From contig CANKMT010000013.1 in the NCBI GenBank assembly GCA_947482825.1, positions 1,714-65,713 on the forward strand: 64,000 bases of DNA. Reading direction: 5' to 3'. The notes under the pieces were generated by a model. It was given only the letters and a program-made list of their open reading frames with translations, made no database searches and was not told the DNA's origin. Shown here one piece after another: positions 19,856 to 29,364 of this stretch. Every line of letters begins with the position of its first letter. Within the stretch, counting starts at the first letter, position 1. This stretch comes from Betaproteobacteria bacterium (GTDB lineage: Bacteria; Pseudomonadota; Gammaproteobacteria; Burkholderiales; SG8-39). A program made the position numbers and the translations under genes.

Positions 19856-20172
19856 CAGATCTTCACCAGCCGGTTGCCGCTCCGCCCCGGCGCACCGGCC
19901 TTGAGGTCGGCCAGCTGCCCGAGTTCGTGCCGGGCCTTATCCAAGCTGTCGAAATGGGGAAAAAACTTGGCCGGAACCTGGTTTACGACTGGGGGGATTG
20001 CTTCGTCGATCACCAGGATTTTGGCCTCGCTCAGCAATTCACCGATAACGAAACGGGCGCGGATCCGACCATGGGCGAAATAGTCGTAGGTTTCTGCCGG
20101 ACGGACCCCGTCGCCGGGCTCGGTCCGGAACTGGCCGGGCTTGCTGGTGAGAATGACGTACGTGGGAGGCAT
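19855..20172 (-). CDS. hypothetical protein between two ferredoxins (105 aa)
   Basis: Stop overlaps the next start by 1 nt, 7 nt from the upstream ferredoxin, ordinary globular composition, no Cys. Confidence 0.7.
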   Translation of the reverse strand: MPPTYVILTSKPGQFRTEPGDGVRPAETYDYFAHGRIRARFVIGELLSEAKILVIDEAIPPVVNQVPAKFFPHFDSLDKARHELGQLADLKAGAPGRSGNRLVKI

Positions 20173-20179
20173 GCCGGGG

Positions 20180-20509
20180 TCAGGCGGCGGCCGGCCGAGA
20201 CGGAACGATGGCCGGAATTCCGTCCTGGGACAGTTCGAGATCGTGGGTGATCCATAGCTGGCAAATCAGGCGGCAACCGTCGGCGATGTGTTCGCCGAGG
20301 ACCTTTTTCTCCTTCCAGTTGGGTTCCGGCAGGTGCTCTGCGCCCGACAGAATCCGGCTGGTGCACTTGCCGCACTTCCCCATTCCGCAGCCATACGACA
20401 GGTTCGGAAACGGGAATTGCTTGATGCCGGCGCGCACGACGAGGTTGGTGTTTTCCTTGACCTCGCCTGCGTGGGCCTGGCCGTTCTTGTGCATGACGAT
20501 CTTGGGCAT
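20180..20509 (-). CDS. [2Fe-2S] ferredoxin
   Basis: CGMGKCGKC...RLICQ. Confidence 0.9.
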   Translation of the reverse strand: MPKIVMHKNGQAHAGEVKENTNLVVRAGIKQFPFPNLSYGCGMGKCGKCTSRILSGAEHLPEPNWKEKKVLGEHIADGCRLICQLWITHDLELSQDGIPAIVPSRPAAA

Positions 20510-20535
20510 TAGACTCACATCAGTCGCAGAAATCG

Positions 20536-20705
20536 TAAAACAGTATACTAAAATCCATAAAAAGATGCTTGGTCTTGACCGATAACAATTAATGTCAAAT
20601 GTACAGTATAATATTTACTATGTTGATTATCAATACTTATTTTTAAAACAATACCGCCCCTTCTTCGCTTCAACTTGCGTATGGCTGCCATCTAAAATAG
20701 TATAC
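20536..20705. promoter_or_regulatory. AT-rich divergent promoter region with repeated TAAAAYAGTATAC sites
   Basis: TAAAACAGTATAC (20536-20548) and TAAAATAGTATAC (20693-20705), 12/13 identical with palindromic GTATAC core. Partial third site CAGTATA near 20604 overlapping TATAAT (20607-20612). Confidence 0.6.
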
Positions 20706-20737
20706 GTAATTGCTCATATTACCCAACGGAGACCCCC

Positions 20738-21508
20738 ATGGCCCAGCTGATGAACCAGGATGAATTCCGCTCTGCCCTCGAAAACGCAATCAAGGGAAAG
20801 AGCGCTAACAAGTCTCCCTTCAGCGTGGCATGGGCCAGCGGCAAGCTATCCCGCGCGCACCTGTGCCGCTGGGCCGAGAACCATTATCACTACGTGGGCC
20901 CGTTCGCCGACTATCTCGCCGCGATCTACTCGCGCATGCCCGCCCACTACGTGGAGGCCAAGGACTTCCTGCTGGCCAACATGTACGAGGAGGAGATCGG
21001 CGGCGACCGGCATACCGACCTGTTGATCCGGTTCGCCGAGTCCTGCGGCACGACGCGCGAACGGATCACCGACCCTGACAACATGTCGGCGACCACCCGA
21101 GGCCTGCAGAGCTGGTGCTACGCGGTGGCGATGCGCGAAGACCCGATCGTCGCAGTCGCCGGCCTGGTTGTCGGCCTGGAGTCGCAGGTGCCGTCGATCT
21201 ATCGCCGGCAGGCGCCCACCCTGCGCGAAAAGTACAAGTTCACCGATGAGGAGATCGAATTCTTCGACCTGCACATCGTCTCGGACGAGATCCATGGCGA
21301 GCGCGGCTACCAGATCGTGCTCGAACACGCCGACACCCCGGAGATGCAGCAACGCTGCCTCAAGATCTGCGAAGTCGGTGCCCAGATGCGCCTGCTTTAC
21401 ACGACGGCCCTCTACAACGACTACGTGGCGAAAGACATTCCGCTGTCGGAGCTGGAGATGGCCGAACAGCGCGTCCCGGTTGCAGAACGCGAGTTGCTGC
21501 AGGCCTAG
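20738..21508 (+). CDS. heme-oxygenase-like diiron oxidase (TenA/PqqC/CADD superfamily)
   Basis: E85-x6-H92, E148 (GLESQVP), H179-x3-D183-x2-H186: the CADD-type diiron ligand pattern. GGAG RBS. Confidence 0.85.
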   Translation: MAQLMNQDEFRSALENAIKGKSANKSPFSVAWASGKLSRAHLCRWAENHYHYVGPFADYLAAIYSRMPAHYVEAKDFLLANMYEEEIGGDRHTDLLIRFAESCGTTRERITDPDNMSATTRGLQSWCYAVAMREDPIVAVAGLVVGLESQVPSIYRRQAPTLREKYKFTDEEIEFFDLHIVSDEIHGERGYQIVLEHADTPEMQQRCLKICEVGAQMRLLYTTALYNDYVAKDIPLSELEMAEQRVPVAERELLQA

Positions 21509-21512
21509 ACCC

Positions 21513-21992
21513 TTGAAGACCGCATTCAAACTGGAACTTTCCGAGGCGCAGGCCATGGCCGCCGCGGCGCTCGCCAAAGCGGCCGCCATCGGCGTCACCG
21601 AAACCGTCTGCGTCTGTGACGATGGCGGCTATCCGATTTGCCTCGAGCGCATGGACGGCGCGCGTATCACCGGCCCGCAGATCGCCTGGAACAAGGCGTT
21701 CACGGCGGCCGGTCACCGCCGCTCGACCCACCTCTTCAACCAGCCGCCGAATGGCCCCGCCCTGCCCGGCAACGAGGCTTTCGGGATCCAGTGGAGCTTC
21801 GAGGGCAAGTTCGCCGTTTTCGTAGGCGGCTTCCCGATCGTGGTGAACGGCGAAGTCGTCGGCGGCATCGGGCTCTCGGGCGGCAACGGCGAGCAGGACA
21901 TTGCCTGCGGCCTTGCCGGGCTGAAAGCGCTCAGTGACTTGCTGGCGCGGCAAGGGCATTCCGTGCTGGTCGAAGCGGACATCAAGAAGTGA
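21513..21992 (+). CDS. GlcG/HbpS-type heme-binding protein
   Basis: VCDDGG..LERMDGA, IAWNKAFTA, GGFPIVVNGEVVGGIGLSGG. Confidence 0.88.
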   Translation: MKTAFKLELSEAQAMAAAALAKAAAIGVTETVCVCDDGGYPICLERMDGARITGPQIAWNKAFTAAGHRRSTHLFNQPPNGPALPGNEAFGIQWSFEGKFAVFVGGFPIVVNGEVVGGIGLSGGNGEQDIACGLAGLKALSDLLARQGHSVLVEADIKK

Positions 21993-22684
21993 CGATTCAA
22001 CGGCCGGGCTCACTTGGCAAGGAGGTCGCCGACCAGCTGCGCCGCCTGATCCTCACTGGCCGGCACAAGCCCGGGGACCGGCTCGTCGAGGACAGGCTGT
22101 CCGCCCAACTCGGGGTTTCGCGGGTCCCGGTTCGGGAGGCGTTGCGAACGCTTGCTGCCGAAGGCCTGGTAGATATCCCTCCCCGGCGCGGCGCATCGGT
22201 TGCAGCGATCTCACCCGGCATCGCGACAGACCTGGTCGAAGTCCGCGCAACCCTCGAAGGGCTCAACGCCCGGCTCGCCGCACGCCACAACGAGGACGCC
22301 ATCATCGGGCAGCTGCGCCAGGTGCTCAGCGAAGGAAACAGCGCGGCCGAATCAGGCAACGTAGATGATCTGGTCCGGCTGAATGCGGCGTTCCACGACA
22401 AGCTCGCCGAGGCCGGAAGGAACAGCATCCTGTGGGACATCATGCGCACGCTGCGCGAGCGTACCGCGCTGGTCTTTGCGGCGAACACGGCCTCCCGCTC
22501 GCACGAGGACTGGGACGAGCATTCACGCATCCTTGCCGCAGTCATCGACGGTGATGAGGAACTCGCTGCCCTCCTCGCGACGCGGCATGTGTATCAGGCA
22601 GCGGATGCTGCTTTTGCCGCCAAGGCTGCGGCGACCGGCGAGCCTGCAGCCGAGTCGGAGCAGTTAACGAAGAGGAGCCTCTAG
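21989..22684 (+). CDS. GntR/FadR (FCD) transcriptional regulator
   Basis: PGDRLVE..LSAQLGVSRVPVREAL wHTH, FCD NAAFH...EHSRI. GTGA overlap with the upstream gene. Confidence 0.93.
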   Translation: MTIQRPGSLGKEVADQLRRLILTGRHKPGDRLVEDRLSAQLGVSRVPVREALRTLAAEGLVDIPPRRGASVAAISPGIATDLVEVRATLEGLNARLAARHNEDAIIGQLRQVLSEGNSAAESGNVDDLVRLNAAFHDKLAEAGRNSILWDIMRTLRERTALVFAANTASRSHEDWDEHSRILAAVIDGDEELAALLATRHVYQAADAAFAAKAAATGEPAAESEQLTKRSL

Positions 22685-24777
22685 GCTTCCTGCGGCAACC
22701 TCACCGCATCCGCCCGGCGCAAGTCCTCGAGGGGGATGTGACAGGCAATGCGATGCGCGGGGCTCGCAATCCTCCAGGGCGGCGCCTCGGTTTCGCACAG
22801 CTTTCCGATCTTGCGCGGGCACCGATGCTGAAACCTGCACCCGCCGATCAGCCCGTCCTTTTCAACCACATCGCCGCGCAGCCGAATGCGTCCTCGTCCT
22901 GCGCTGCTGCCGGGCGAGCGGCCCACTTCGGGGATCGCGGACAGCAGGGCTTCGGTATACGGGTGGAACGGCGGCTTCAGCACCTCTGCGGCCGGCCCTT
23001 CCTCGACGATCGCGCCCCGGTACATGACGGCCACGCGGTCGGCAATGTGCGCGATGACCGACAGGTCGTGGGAAATGAACAGATAGGCCACATTGAGCCG
23101 ATCGCGCAGTTCCGCCAGCACGTTGAGCACATAGGCCTGCACCGAAACGTCGAGCGCGGAAACCGCTTCGTCGCAAACAATGAAGCGCGGCTCGGTGGCC
23201 AGCGCGCGCGCAATGCCGACGCGCTGTTTTTCGCCGCCTGACAACTGGTGAGGGTAGCGGCTTGCGTAGGAGGAAGGCAGGCGGACCAGGTCGAGCAGCG
23301 CCGCGACCTTTGCATCCAGTTCGTTGCCGCGCGCAAGGCCGAAGAGCGTCAGCGGCCGCGCCACGATCTCGCCCACCGTCTTGCGCGGGTTGAGCGACGA
23401 ATCCGGGTTCTGGAAAATGATCTGGGCGATGCGCCGATGCTCGTGCAGCGCCTTGCCGGAAAGCCTGCCGAAATCCTCACCCAGGATACGGACCTCGCCA
23501 TCGGAGGGCTCGATGAGGCGCACCAGCATACGCCCGAGCGTCGACTTGCCGCAGCCGGACTCGCCGACCAGGCCGAGGACTTCGCCCGGGGCGATGTCGA
23601 GCGTCACGCCATCGACCGCCCGCACGCGCGGCGGATCGAAGCGCAGCGGAAAGCCGCCGGAGCGATCAAACCTGAGATTGTCGAACACGCCTCCCATCTC
23701 GTACTGCTTGGCAAGGTCCTTCATCTCGACGAGCGGCGCGGCATCCGGGTGCGCGGCCGACCTGGCGCCACGCGCTTGTGCTTCCGGCGCCGGCCAAGGT
23801 GTGTCGGCAAGTTCTTCCGCGCGCCAGCAACTCACGGCATGCCCGATGCCGGAAAGGACCGGCGGCTCGCCTTTGCAGCGCTCGACGACGAAATGGCAAC
23901 GCGGATGAAAGATGCAACCCGAGGGCGGCGAAGCCAGGTCCGGGAAACGTCCCGGGATCGGCGCGAGGCGAAGCTGGCGCTCGGCCACCCGCGGCAGCGA
24001 CGCCAAAAGGCCCTTGGTGTAGGGATGCTTCGGCGCGTACAACACGTCGCTGGTTGGACCGCTCTCGACGACGCGACCCGCGTAAAGCACGCACACGTCG
24101 TCGCAGATCCGCGCCACGACGCCCAGATTGTGGGTGATGTAGAGCATCGACAGCCCTCGGTCGCGCCGCAGGCGCTCGAGAAGGTCGAGGATCTGCGCCT
24201 CGATCGTCACGTCGAGCGCGGTCGTCGGCTCGTCCAGGACCAGCAGTTCAGGCGAACACGCGAGTGCGGTAGCGATCAGCGCGCGCTGTTTCATGCCGCC
24301 CGAAAGCTGGTGCGGGTAGGCGCGCGCCACGTCTTCGGGGCGGGGAATGCCGACCTCTTCGAGCAATCGCCTCGCTTCGATGGCGGCGTCGCCATCGGAC
24401 AGCGCGCGGTGCAGTACGAGCGGCTCGGCGATCTGGCGGCCGACCTGGATCGCGGGATTCAGCGAAGTGAACGGGTCCTGAAACACCATGCTGATGCGCT
24501 CGCCGCGCAACAGCCTGCGCTCTTCCGCCGCCAGGTCGAGCAAGGATCGGCCGCCGAACAGGATGCGTCCGCCGGGGATTCGCGCTTCGCTTGCAAGCAG
24601 GCCCAGCACCGCCAGCGCCGTCGTGCTCTTGCCGGAACCCGACTCACCCACCAGCCCGAGCGCCCGGCCCTTGCCGATCTCGAACGAAACGTTATCAAGC
24701 GCGCGCAGCCAGCCGCCGCCGGCCGGGTATTCGAGCGTGAGGCTCTCGACCTTGAGGACGGGAACTTCCGTGCTCAT
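22681..24777 (-). CDS. fused DppD-DppF peptide/nickel ABC ATPase
   Basis: Two GESGxGKS Walker A motifs, two YPHQLSGG signatures, two oligopeptide C-terminal Cys motifs (CIFHPRC, CRFQHRC). Confidence 0.92.
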   Translation of the reverse strand: MSTEVPVLKVESLTLEYPAGGGWLRALDNVSFEIGKGRALGLVGESGSGKSTTALAVLGLLASEARIPGGRILFGGRSLLDLAAEERRLLRGERISMVFQDPFTSLNPAIQVGRQIAEPLVLHRALSDGDAAIEARRLLEEVGIPRPEDVARAYPHQLSGGMKQRALIATALACSPELLVLDEPTTALDVTIEAQILDLLERLRRDRGLSMLYITHNLGVVARICDDVCVLYAGRVVESGPTSDVLYAPKHPYTKGLLASLPRVAERQLRLAPIPGRFPDLASPPSGCIFHPRCHFVVERCKGEPPVLSGIGHAVSCWRAEELADTPWPAPEAQARGARSAAHPDAAPLVEMKDLAKQYEMGGVFDNLRFDRSGGFPLRFDPPRVRAVDGVTLDIAPGEVLGLVGESGCGKSTLGRMLVRLIEPSDGEVRILGEDFGRLSGKALHEHRRIAQIIFQNPDSSLNPRKTVGEIVARPLTLFGLARGNELDAKVAALLDLVRLPSSYASRYPHQLSGGEKQRVGIARALATEPRFIVCDEAVSALDVSVQAYVLNVLAELRDRLNVAYLFISHDLSVIAHIADRVAVMYRGAIVEEGPAAEVLKPPFHPYTEALLSAIPEVGRSPGSSAGRGRIRLRGDVVEKDGLIGGCRFQHRCPRKIGKLCETEAPPWRIASPAHRIACHIPLEDLRRADAVRLPQEA

Positions 24778-25634
24778 CCGCGGCCCTTGCGAAGGCGCGG
24801 GTCGAGGATCTCGCGCAGGCCGTCTCCGACCAGATTGACTGCGATCACGGTAATGCACAGGAGCGCGCCCGGCGCGAGCGCCACCCACGGCGCGGTGTCG
24901 ATGAAGGGACGCGCTTCGGCGATCATCAGACCCCAGTCGGAACTCGGCGGCTGCACGCCAAGTCCGAGAAAGCTGAGCGCGGCGCCGAGCATGATGGCAA
25001 ACGTCACGCGCAGGGCTGCCTCGACGATGATCGGCGGCCATGCGTTCGGCAGGATCTCGGCTGCGAGGATGTACCACAGCCGCTCGCCGCGGGCGCGCGC
25101 CGCCAGCACGAACTCCTCGCGCGCGATCTCGAGCGTGACGGCCCGCGTGAGCCGCGCCATGATCGGCACGTAGATGATCCCGACCGCGAACGCGGTCTTC
25201 CACACATTGGGCGTGGAAAGCGAAAGCAGCAGCAGGCCCATGAGGATCGGCGGGACCGAAATGACCAGGTCGATCGCGCGCATGATCGACTCGTCGATCC
25301 GCCCCCCTTTGTAACCGGCCGTCAGCCCGAGCGGGACGCCGACCAGCAGGCTCACGAAGGTCGCGCCCAATCCCATCAGCAGCGACAGGCGCGCGCCGTA
25401 CAGCAACCGGCTGAGGACATCGCGCCCGAACTCGTCGGTGCCGAGCCAATGCGTCGCGTCGGGCGGCGTCATCCTCGCCATGATGTCCATCTGGTCGTAC
25501 GGGAACGGCGCGACCAGCGGCCCGAAGAGCGCCGCGAGCACAACCAATCCGAAAATAGTTCCGCCTGCGACGAAGCTCGCAGGCCACGCGCGACGGTACG
25601 CCGCCGTGGCCTCAGTGAGCGGCAGAGCTGCCAT
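24774..25634 (-). CDS. DppC-like ABC permease
   Basis: HWLGTDEFGRDVLSR, EFVLAARARG, ILPN, LSFLGLG. Confidence 0.92.
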   Translation of the reverse strand: MAALPLTEATAAYRRAWPASFVAGGTIFGLVVLAALFGPLVAPFPYDQMDIMARMTPPDATHWLGTDEFGRDVLSRLLYGARLSLLMGLGATFVSLLVGVPLGLTAGYKGGRIDESIMRAIDLVISVPPILMGLLLLSLSTPNVWKTAFAVGIIYVPIMARLTRAVTLEIAREEFVLAARARGERLWYILAAEILPNAWPPIIVEAALRVTFAIMLGAALSFLGLGVQPPSSDWGLMIAEARPFIDTAPWVALAPGALLCITVIAVNLVGDGLREILDPRLRKGRG

Positions 25635-26571
25635 AGCGGATCCGCGGGTTGAAGAACGCGTAGAGGAGATCGGCCGCAAGGTTGGCGAGCGCATAGACCG
25701 CGGTCACCACCAGAATTCCCGCCTGGATCATGGGCAGGTCTTTTTGCTCGATGGCGAAGATCAGCAGCCGCCCGAGGCCGGGGTAGGCAAACACCGTTTC
25801 GACGACGACGATGCCGCCCATCAGCAGGCCGACGTCGATGGCAAGCACCGTGATTGTCGGCACCAGCGCATTGCGCAAGGCGTGGCGGCGGATGACGATA
25901 TTCTCGGGCAGGCCTTTGGCACGCGCCGCGGTGATGTACTGCGCCTGCATGGTCTCGATCATCGAGGAGCGCGTGAGGCGCGAAACATGCGCCACCAAGC
26001 CGGACACGAGAGTCGCCACAGGCAGGACGATATGCCTGGCCCAGGTCCAGAACCCCTCGTCGAGCGACGCATACCCGGTGGACGGGAACCAGCCCAGGTA
26101 CCCCGTGAACAGCATCACCGCAAGGATCGCCCAGAAAAACTCAGGCACCGAAATGAAGAAATAGCTGCCGACCGAGATGAACCGGTCGGCCCGCGTGCCG
26201 CGCCGAACGCCGGCATACACGCCCAGCCAGATGCCGATCACGGCCACCAGCACGATCGAGATGCCCGCCAGCACCGCCGATCGCGCCATGGCCTCGCCGA
26301 TCAGCGGGCCCAGGGGGCGGTCCATCATCATCGACTTGCCGAAGTCGCCCTGCAGGAATCCGCCCGCCCAGCGCAGATACTGGACATGCGCCGGATCGTC
26401 CAGGTGCAGCCGGCCGCGCACCGCTTTGACCTGGTCGTCGGTGGCGAACTGCCCGACGATCATCTGTGCCACGTCGCCGGGCAGCACCTGCGTGATGGAG
26501 AAAATCGCGACCGACATCACCGCGAGGATCGCGATGACGGTGAGCAGCCGGCGGATGGTGTAGGCGATCAA
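25612..26571 (-). CDS. DppB-like ABC permease
   Basis: PGDVA, GDFGKS, YITAARAKGL, HALRNA, VETVFAYPGLG. Confidence 0.92.
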   Translation of the reverse strand: MIAYTIRRLLTVIAILAVMSVAIFSITQVLPGDVAQMIVGQFATDDQVKAVRGRLHLDDPAHVQYLRWAGGFLQGDFGKSMMMDRPLGPLIGEAMARSAVLAGISIVLVAVIGIWLGVYAGVRRGTRADRFISVGSYFFISVPEFFWAILAVMLFTGYLGWFPSTGYASLDEGFWTWARHIVLPVATLVSGLVAHVSRLTRSSMIETMQAQYITAARAKGLPENIVIRRHALRNALVPTITVLAIDVGLLMGGIVVVETVFAYPGLGRLLIFAIEQKDLPMIQAGILVVTAVYALANLAADLLYAFFNPRIRYGSSAAH

Positions 26572-26595
26572 GCGGGACCCGGCCGGCGGGAGACC

Positions 26596-28098
26596 TCAGT
26601 CCACGGTCGTGTTGCGCAGATCCAGCCAGAGGTAGGGATGGGTGCGGAAGCCCTTGACCGTTTTCTTGTAGGCGTTCGCGAAGTTCATCACGTAAGCGAT
26701 CACGCCGGGCACGTCCTCGACCGCATAGGCCTGGAACTGCTGGTAAAGCCTGTTCAGCTCCTTCTCGTCCTTGGTCACGCGCGCCTTGTCCAGCACTTCG
26801 TCGATGCGCTTGCTCGAGAAATGCCACATGCGCGAATTCCACGATCCCGTACTGTGATACCAGGGATAGGTCGAGGTATCGATCGAGGGGCGGGTGAAAT
26901 AGCCGTCCATGTAGAACGGCGACTTGCCGGAAACCTCGGTCTGGAAGCGGTTGTAGGGCATGCGTTGCACTTCGACCTCGATGCCGACCTGGCGCAGCAT
27001 CTGCTGCACGGCCACGCCCATTCTTTCGCGCGTCGGGCGACCGACCGGGACATGCAACACGATCTTGAAACCGTTCGGGTAGCCGGCCTCGGCGAGCAGT
27101 TTCTTGGCCTGCGGGATGTCCTGCTTGATCGACAGCTCCTTGTTGAAATACGGGTGGCGCGGGGAAATCGGCGAATGCGTAGGCATGCCGTGCCCGAACA
27201 CCGCGAACTGCGTGAGCTGCGCCTTGTCGAGCGCAAGCAGCACCGCGCGCCGCACCCGCACGTCGTCGAACGGCTTGGTCTTGTTGCCCATCACGATGCC
27301 ATCCCAGGTCGAGGTCGGCACCGCGTCGACCGTCACTTTCGGATTGGCTTTCATCTTGTCGATCGACTCGAGCGGCAGGTTCCACAGCAGGTCGATGTCT
27401 CCGGCCTCGAGCGCCGCCACGCGCGATGCGTTCTCCGGCATGATCCGGAACACGACGCCGTCGAGCTTGGGCAAACCCTTCTCGTAATAGTTCGGGTTCT
27501 TCACCAGCTCGAGCCGGTCGCCCGGCGTGAAGGACTTGAACATGAACGGCCCGGTGCCGCTGGGCTCGGTCGAAAGCTTGTCCATGCGGTCGGCCGGCAC
27601 GATCTTGAGCTGGCGTTCGACCATGAGGTCTGCGAAACCCGCATAGGGAATCTTCAGCTTGAAGCGCACCGTGTGCTTGTCCACGGCATCGAACGATTCG
27701 ATGAGGTCCATGTGCGTGCGGCCGCTCGAACCGGTGGCCGGGTCGGCGATGTGCTTGAAGGTGGCAACCACGTCGTCGGCGCCGAAGTCCTTGCCGTGGT
27801 GAAACTTCACGCCCTTGCGCAAGTGAAAGGTCCACGTCCTGAGGTCTTCGCTAGTGTCCCAGCGCTCGGCCAGTTCGCCGCGGTACTTGAGGTTCTCGTC
27901 AATGGCGACCAGGCCACCGAAGACCAGCACGCCGTAGATGTACTCGTCGCCGATCGTGTGCCGCGCCGGATCGAGCTGGTTGAGGCTGGTGCTGATCGTT
28001 GCGCGCAGGATGCCCTTGGCCGCGGCCGGCATCGCGGCGAGTGCCGCAAACGAAACTGCAATTGCGAATGCCAGAGGACGAATCAACTTGACTTGCAT
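26596..28098 (-). CDS. DppA-like (SBP family 5) substrate-binding protein
   Basis: Signal peptide, TFHLRKGVKFH, GTGPF, NPNYY, PFDDVRVRRA. Confidence 0.92.
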   Translation of the reverse strand: MQVKLIRPLAFAIAVSFAALAAMPAAAKGILRATISTSLNQLDPARHTIGDEYIYGVLVFGGLVAIDENLKYRGELAERWDTSEDLRTWTFHLRKGVKFHHGKDFGADDVVATFKHIADPATGSSGRTHMDLIESFDAVDKHTVRFKLKIPYAGFADLMVERQLKIVPADRMDKLSTEPSGTGPFMFKSFTPGDRLELVKNPNYYEKGLPKLDGVVFRIMPENASRVAALEAGDIDLLWNLPLESIDKMKANPKVTVDAVPTSTWDGIVMGNKTKPFDDVRVRRAVLLALDKAQLTQFAVFGHGMPTHSPISPRHPYFNKELSIKQDIPQAKKLLAEAGYPNGFKIVLHVPVGRPTRERMGVAVQQMLRQVGIEVEVQRMPYNRFQTEVSGKSPFYMDGYFTRPSIDTSTYPWYHSTGSWNSRMWHFSSKRIDEVLDKARVTKDEKELNRLYQQFQAYAVEDVPGVIAYVMNFANAYKKTVKGFRTHPYLWLDLRNTTVD

Positions 28099-28148
28099 AT
28101 CCACACCCCCCTTCTCTTTTTATGGTCCCTCTTACAACTCAGGATAAC

Positions 28149-28808
28149 TCAGCCGCCGCCCGGCACCGAGTCCGGGTCGACCGCGCGCGAAACGTAGAGG
28201 TTGGCCGAAGGTTCGTAGATTTCCCACAGCCATCGCAGTTGCTCCAGCGGGCGCGGGTCGTAGTCCACACGCAGGTCCACATACGGAAAGCTTTCCTTGT
28301 GCGCCACCAGCAACGCCGCGGACTTGACCTGCTTGGGCTCGCCGCCGGCCGCGTGGCCGGCCTCGATCGCGCGCATCAGGCGCTCGGGCAATGCGAGCGA
28401 CACATCGGCATCGCAGGCGTCGACCATGGCTTTCGTCACTTGCGTGTTGCGGATGATATTGCCGGCGGCGACGCAATGCACCCCGGTGTGCGCCGAGTGC
28501 ACCGACTTGATGCGCTCGCCGTGGAACCAGGCGGTGCCGCCTTGAGTATCGACAACGAGAAGCTGGCGCCATCCCATGGTCGGCACGTCGCGCGTCAGGG
28601 CTTCGATCGTGGCGCCCGCGGAAAGTCCTTGAGCAAGCAGGTCCAGTCCCTTGGGTCCTAACCGAGGATCGGTGCGGTGCTGCGTGAGCACTGCGCCTAC
28701 GCCCGCCCGCACGAAAGCGCAGCGGCTCCCCACCGCGATACTCGAGGTCGTGACGGCCACGCCGAACATCCCGGTGCGAGGGCATTTGGCTGCGATCGAA
28801 TAAGTCAT
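28149..28808 (-). CDS. DUF1028 family protein (Ntn-hydrolase-like)
   Basis: MTYSIAA..TGMFGVAVTTSS..VGSRC, LPERLMRAIEAG..AGGE, DLRVD. N-terminal Thr after Met removal. Confidence 0.88.
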   Translation of the reverse strand: MTYSIAAKCPRTGMFGVAVTTSSIAVGSRCAFVRAGVGAVLTQHRTDPRLGPKGLDLLAQGLSAGATIEALTRDVPTMGWRQLLVVDTQGGTAWFHGERIKSVHSAHTGVHCVAAGNIIRNTQVTKAMVDACDADVSLALPERLMRAIEAGHAAGGEPKQVKSAALLVAHKESFPYVDLRVDYDPRPLEQLRWLWEIYEPSANLYVSRAVDPDSVPGGG

Positions 28809-28859
28809 TTTTCCCTTATAGTTGCCCTTCGCAAGCATCATGCCAAAGGAGTCGGTGGA

Positions 28860-29273
28860 ATGCCACACGTTCGCCTGCGCAAGTTCAATACCAAGGAAGT
28901 CTATCCCGGCGGCCGGATGGACAACGACATGTGCATGGTGGTCCGGGCCGGCCGCACGATCTTCGTCCGCGGCCAGACGGGCCTCGACCTCGACAACCAT
29001 TTCGTCGGTGTCGGCGACCCGGCGGCCCAGGCCGAGCAGGCGATCGCGAACGTCAAGGTCCTGCTCGAAGAAGCCGGTTCGAAACTAGAACACATCTGCA
29101 AGCTCACGACCTACATCACCGACCGCGGCCACCGCGAAGCGGTCTACAACGCGATCGGCCGCCAGCTAAAAGGGATCCACCCCTGCGGCACCGGCATCAT
29201 CGTGCGCGGCCTCGCAATGCCGGAAATGCTGATGGAGATCGACGTCGAGGCCATGATCCCGGAGGACGAATAA
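28860..29273 (+). CDS. Rid (YjgF/YER057c/UK114) protein, Rid7-like
   Basis: HVRLRKFNT...IFVRGQTG...GDPAAQAEQA...LMEIDV. AAGGAG RBS. Lacks the catalytic Arg of RidA. Confidence 0.88.
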   Translation: MPHVRLRKFNTKEVYPGGRMDNDMCMVVRAGRTIFVRGQTGLDLDNHFVGVGDPAAQAEQAIANVKVLLEEAGSKLEHICKLTTYITDRGHREAVYNAIGRQLKGIHPCGTGIIVRGLAMPEMLMEIDVEAMIPEDE

Positions 29274-29283
29274 AAAGGGGTCT

Positions 29284-29364
29284 AAAAAGGGGCCAGGTTC
29301 GATTTTCGGCGACGCGCGTTGAATCTTTACGGTCTACACCGAAAATCGAGCCTGGCCCCTTTTT
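29284..29364. repeat. 26-bp inverted repeat (REP-like or bidirectional terminator)
   Basis: AAAAAGGGGCCAGGTTCGATTTTCGG (29284-29309) versus CCGAAAATCGAGCCTGGCCCCTTTTT (29339-29364): 25/26 complementary, between convergent genes. Confidence 0.85.

Noticed and set aside
20623-20633. FNR box from TTGAT-T-ATCAA
   Set aside because: Spacer is 1 nt rather than the required 4 nt.
20738-21508. PqqC, thiaminase II (TenA) or CADD-type pABA synthase call
   Set aside because: No pqqABDE or thiamine genes nearby; the diiron ligand set argues against TenA; the CADD sacrificial Tyr and Lys appear absent (recalled alignment, needs confirmation).
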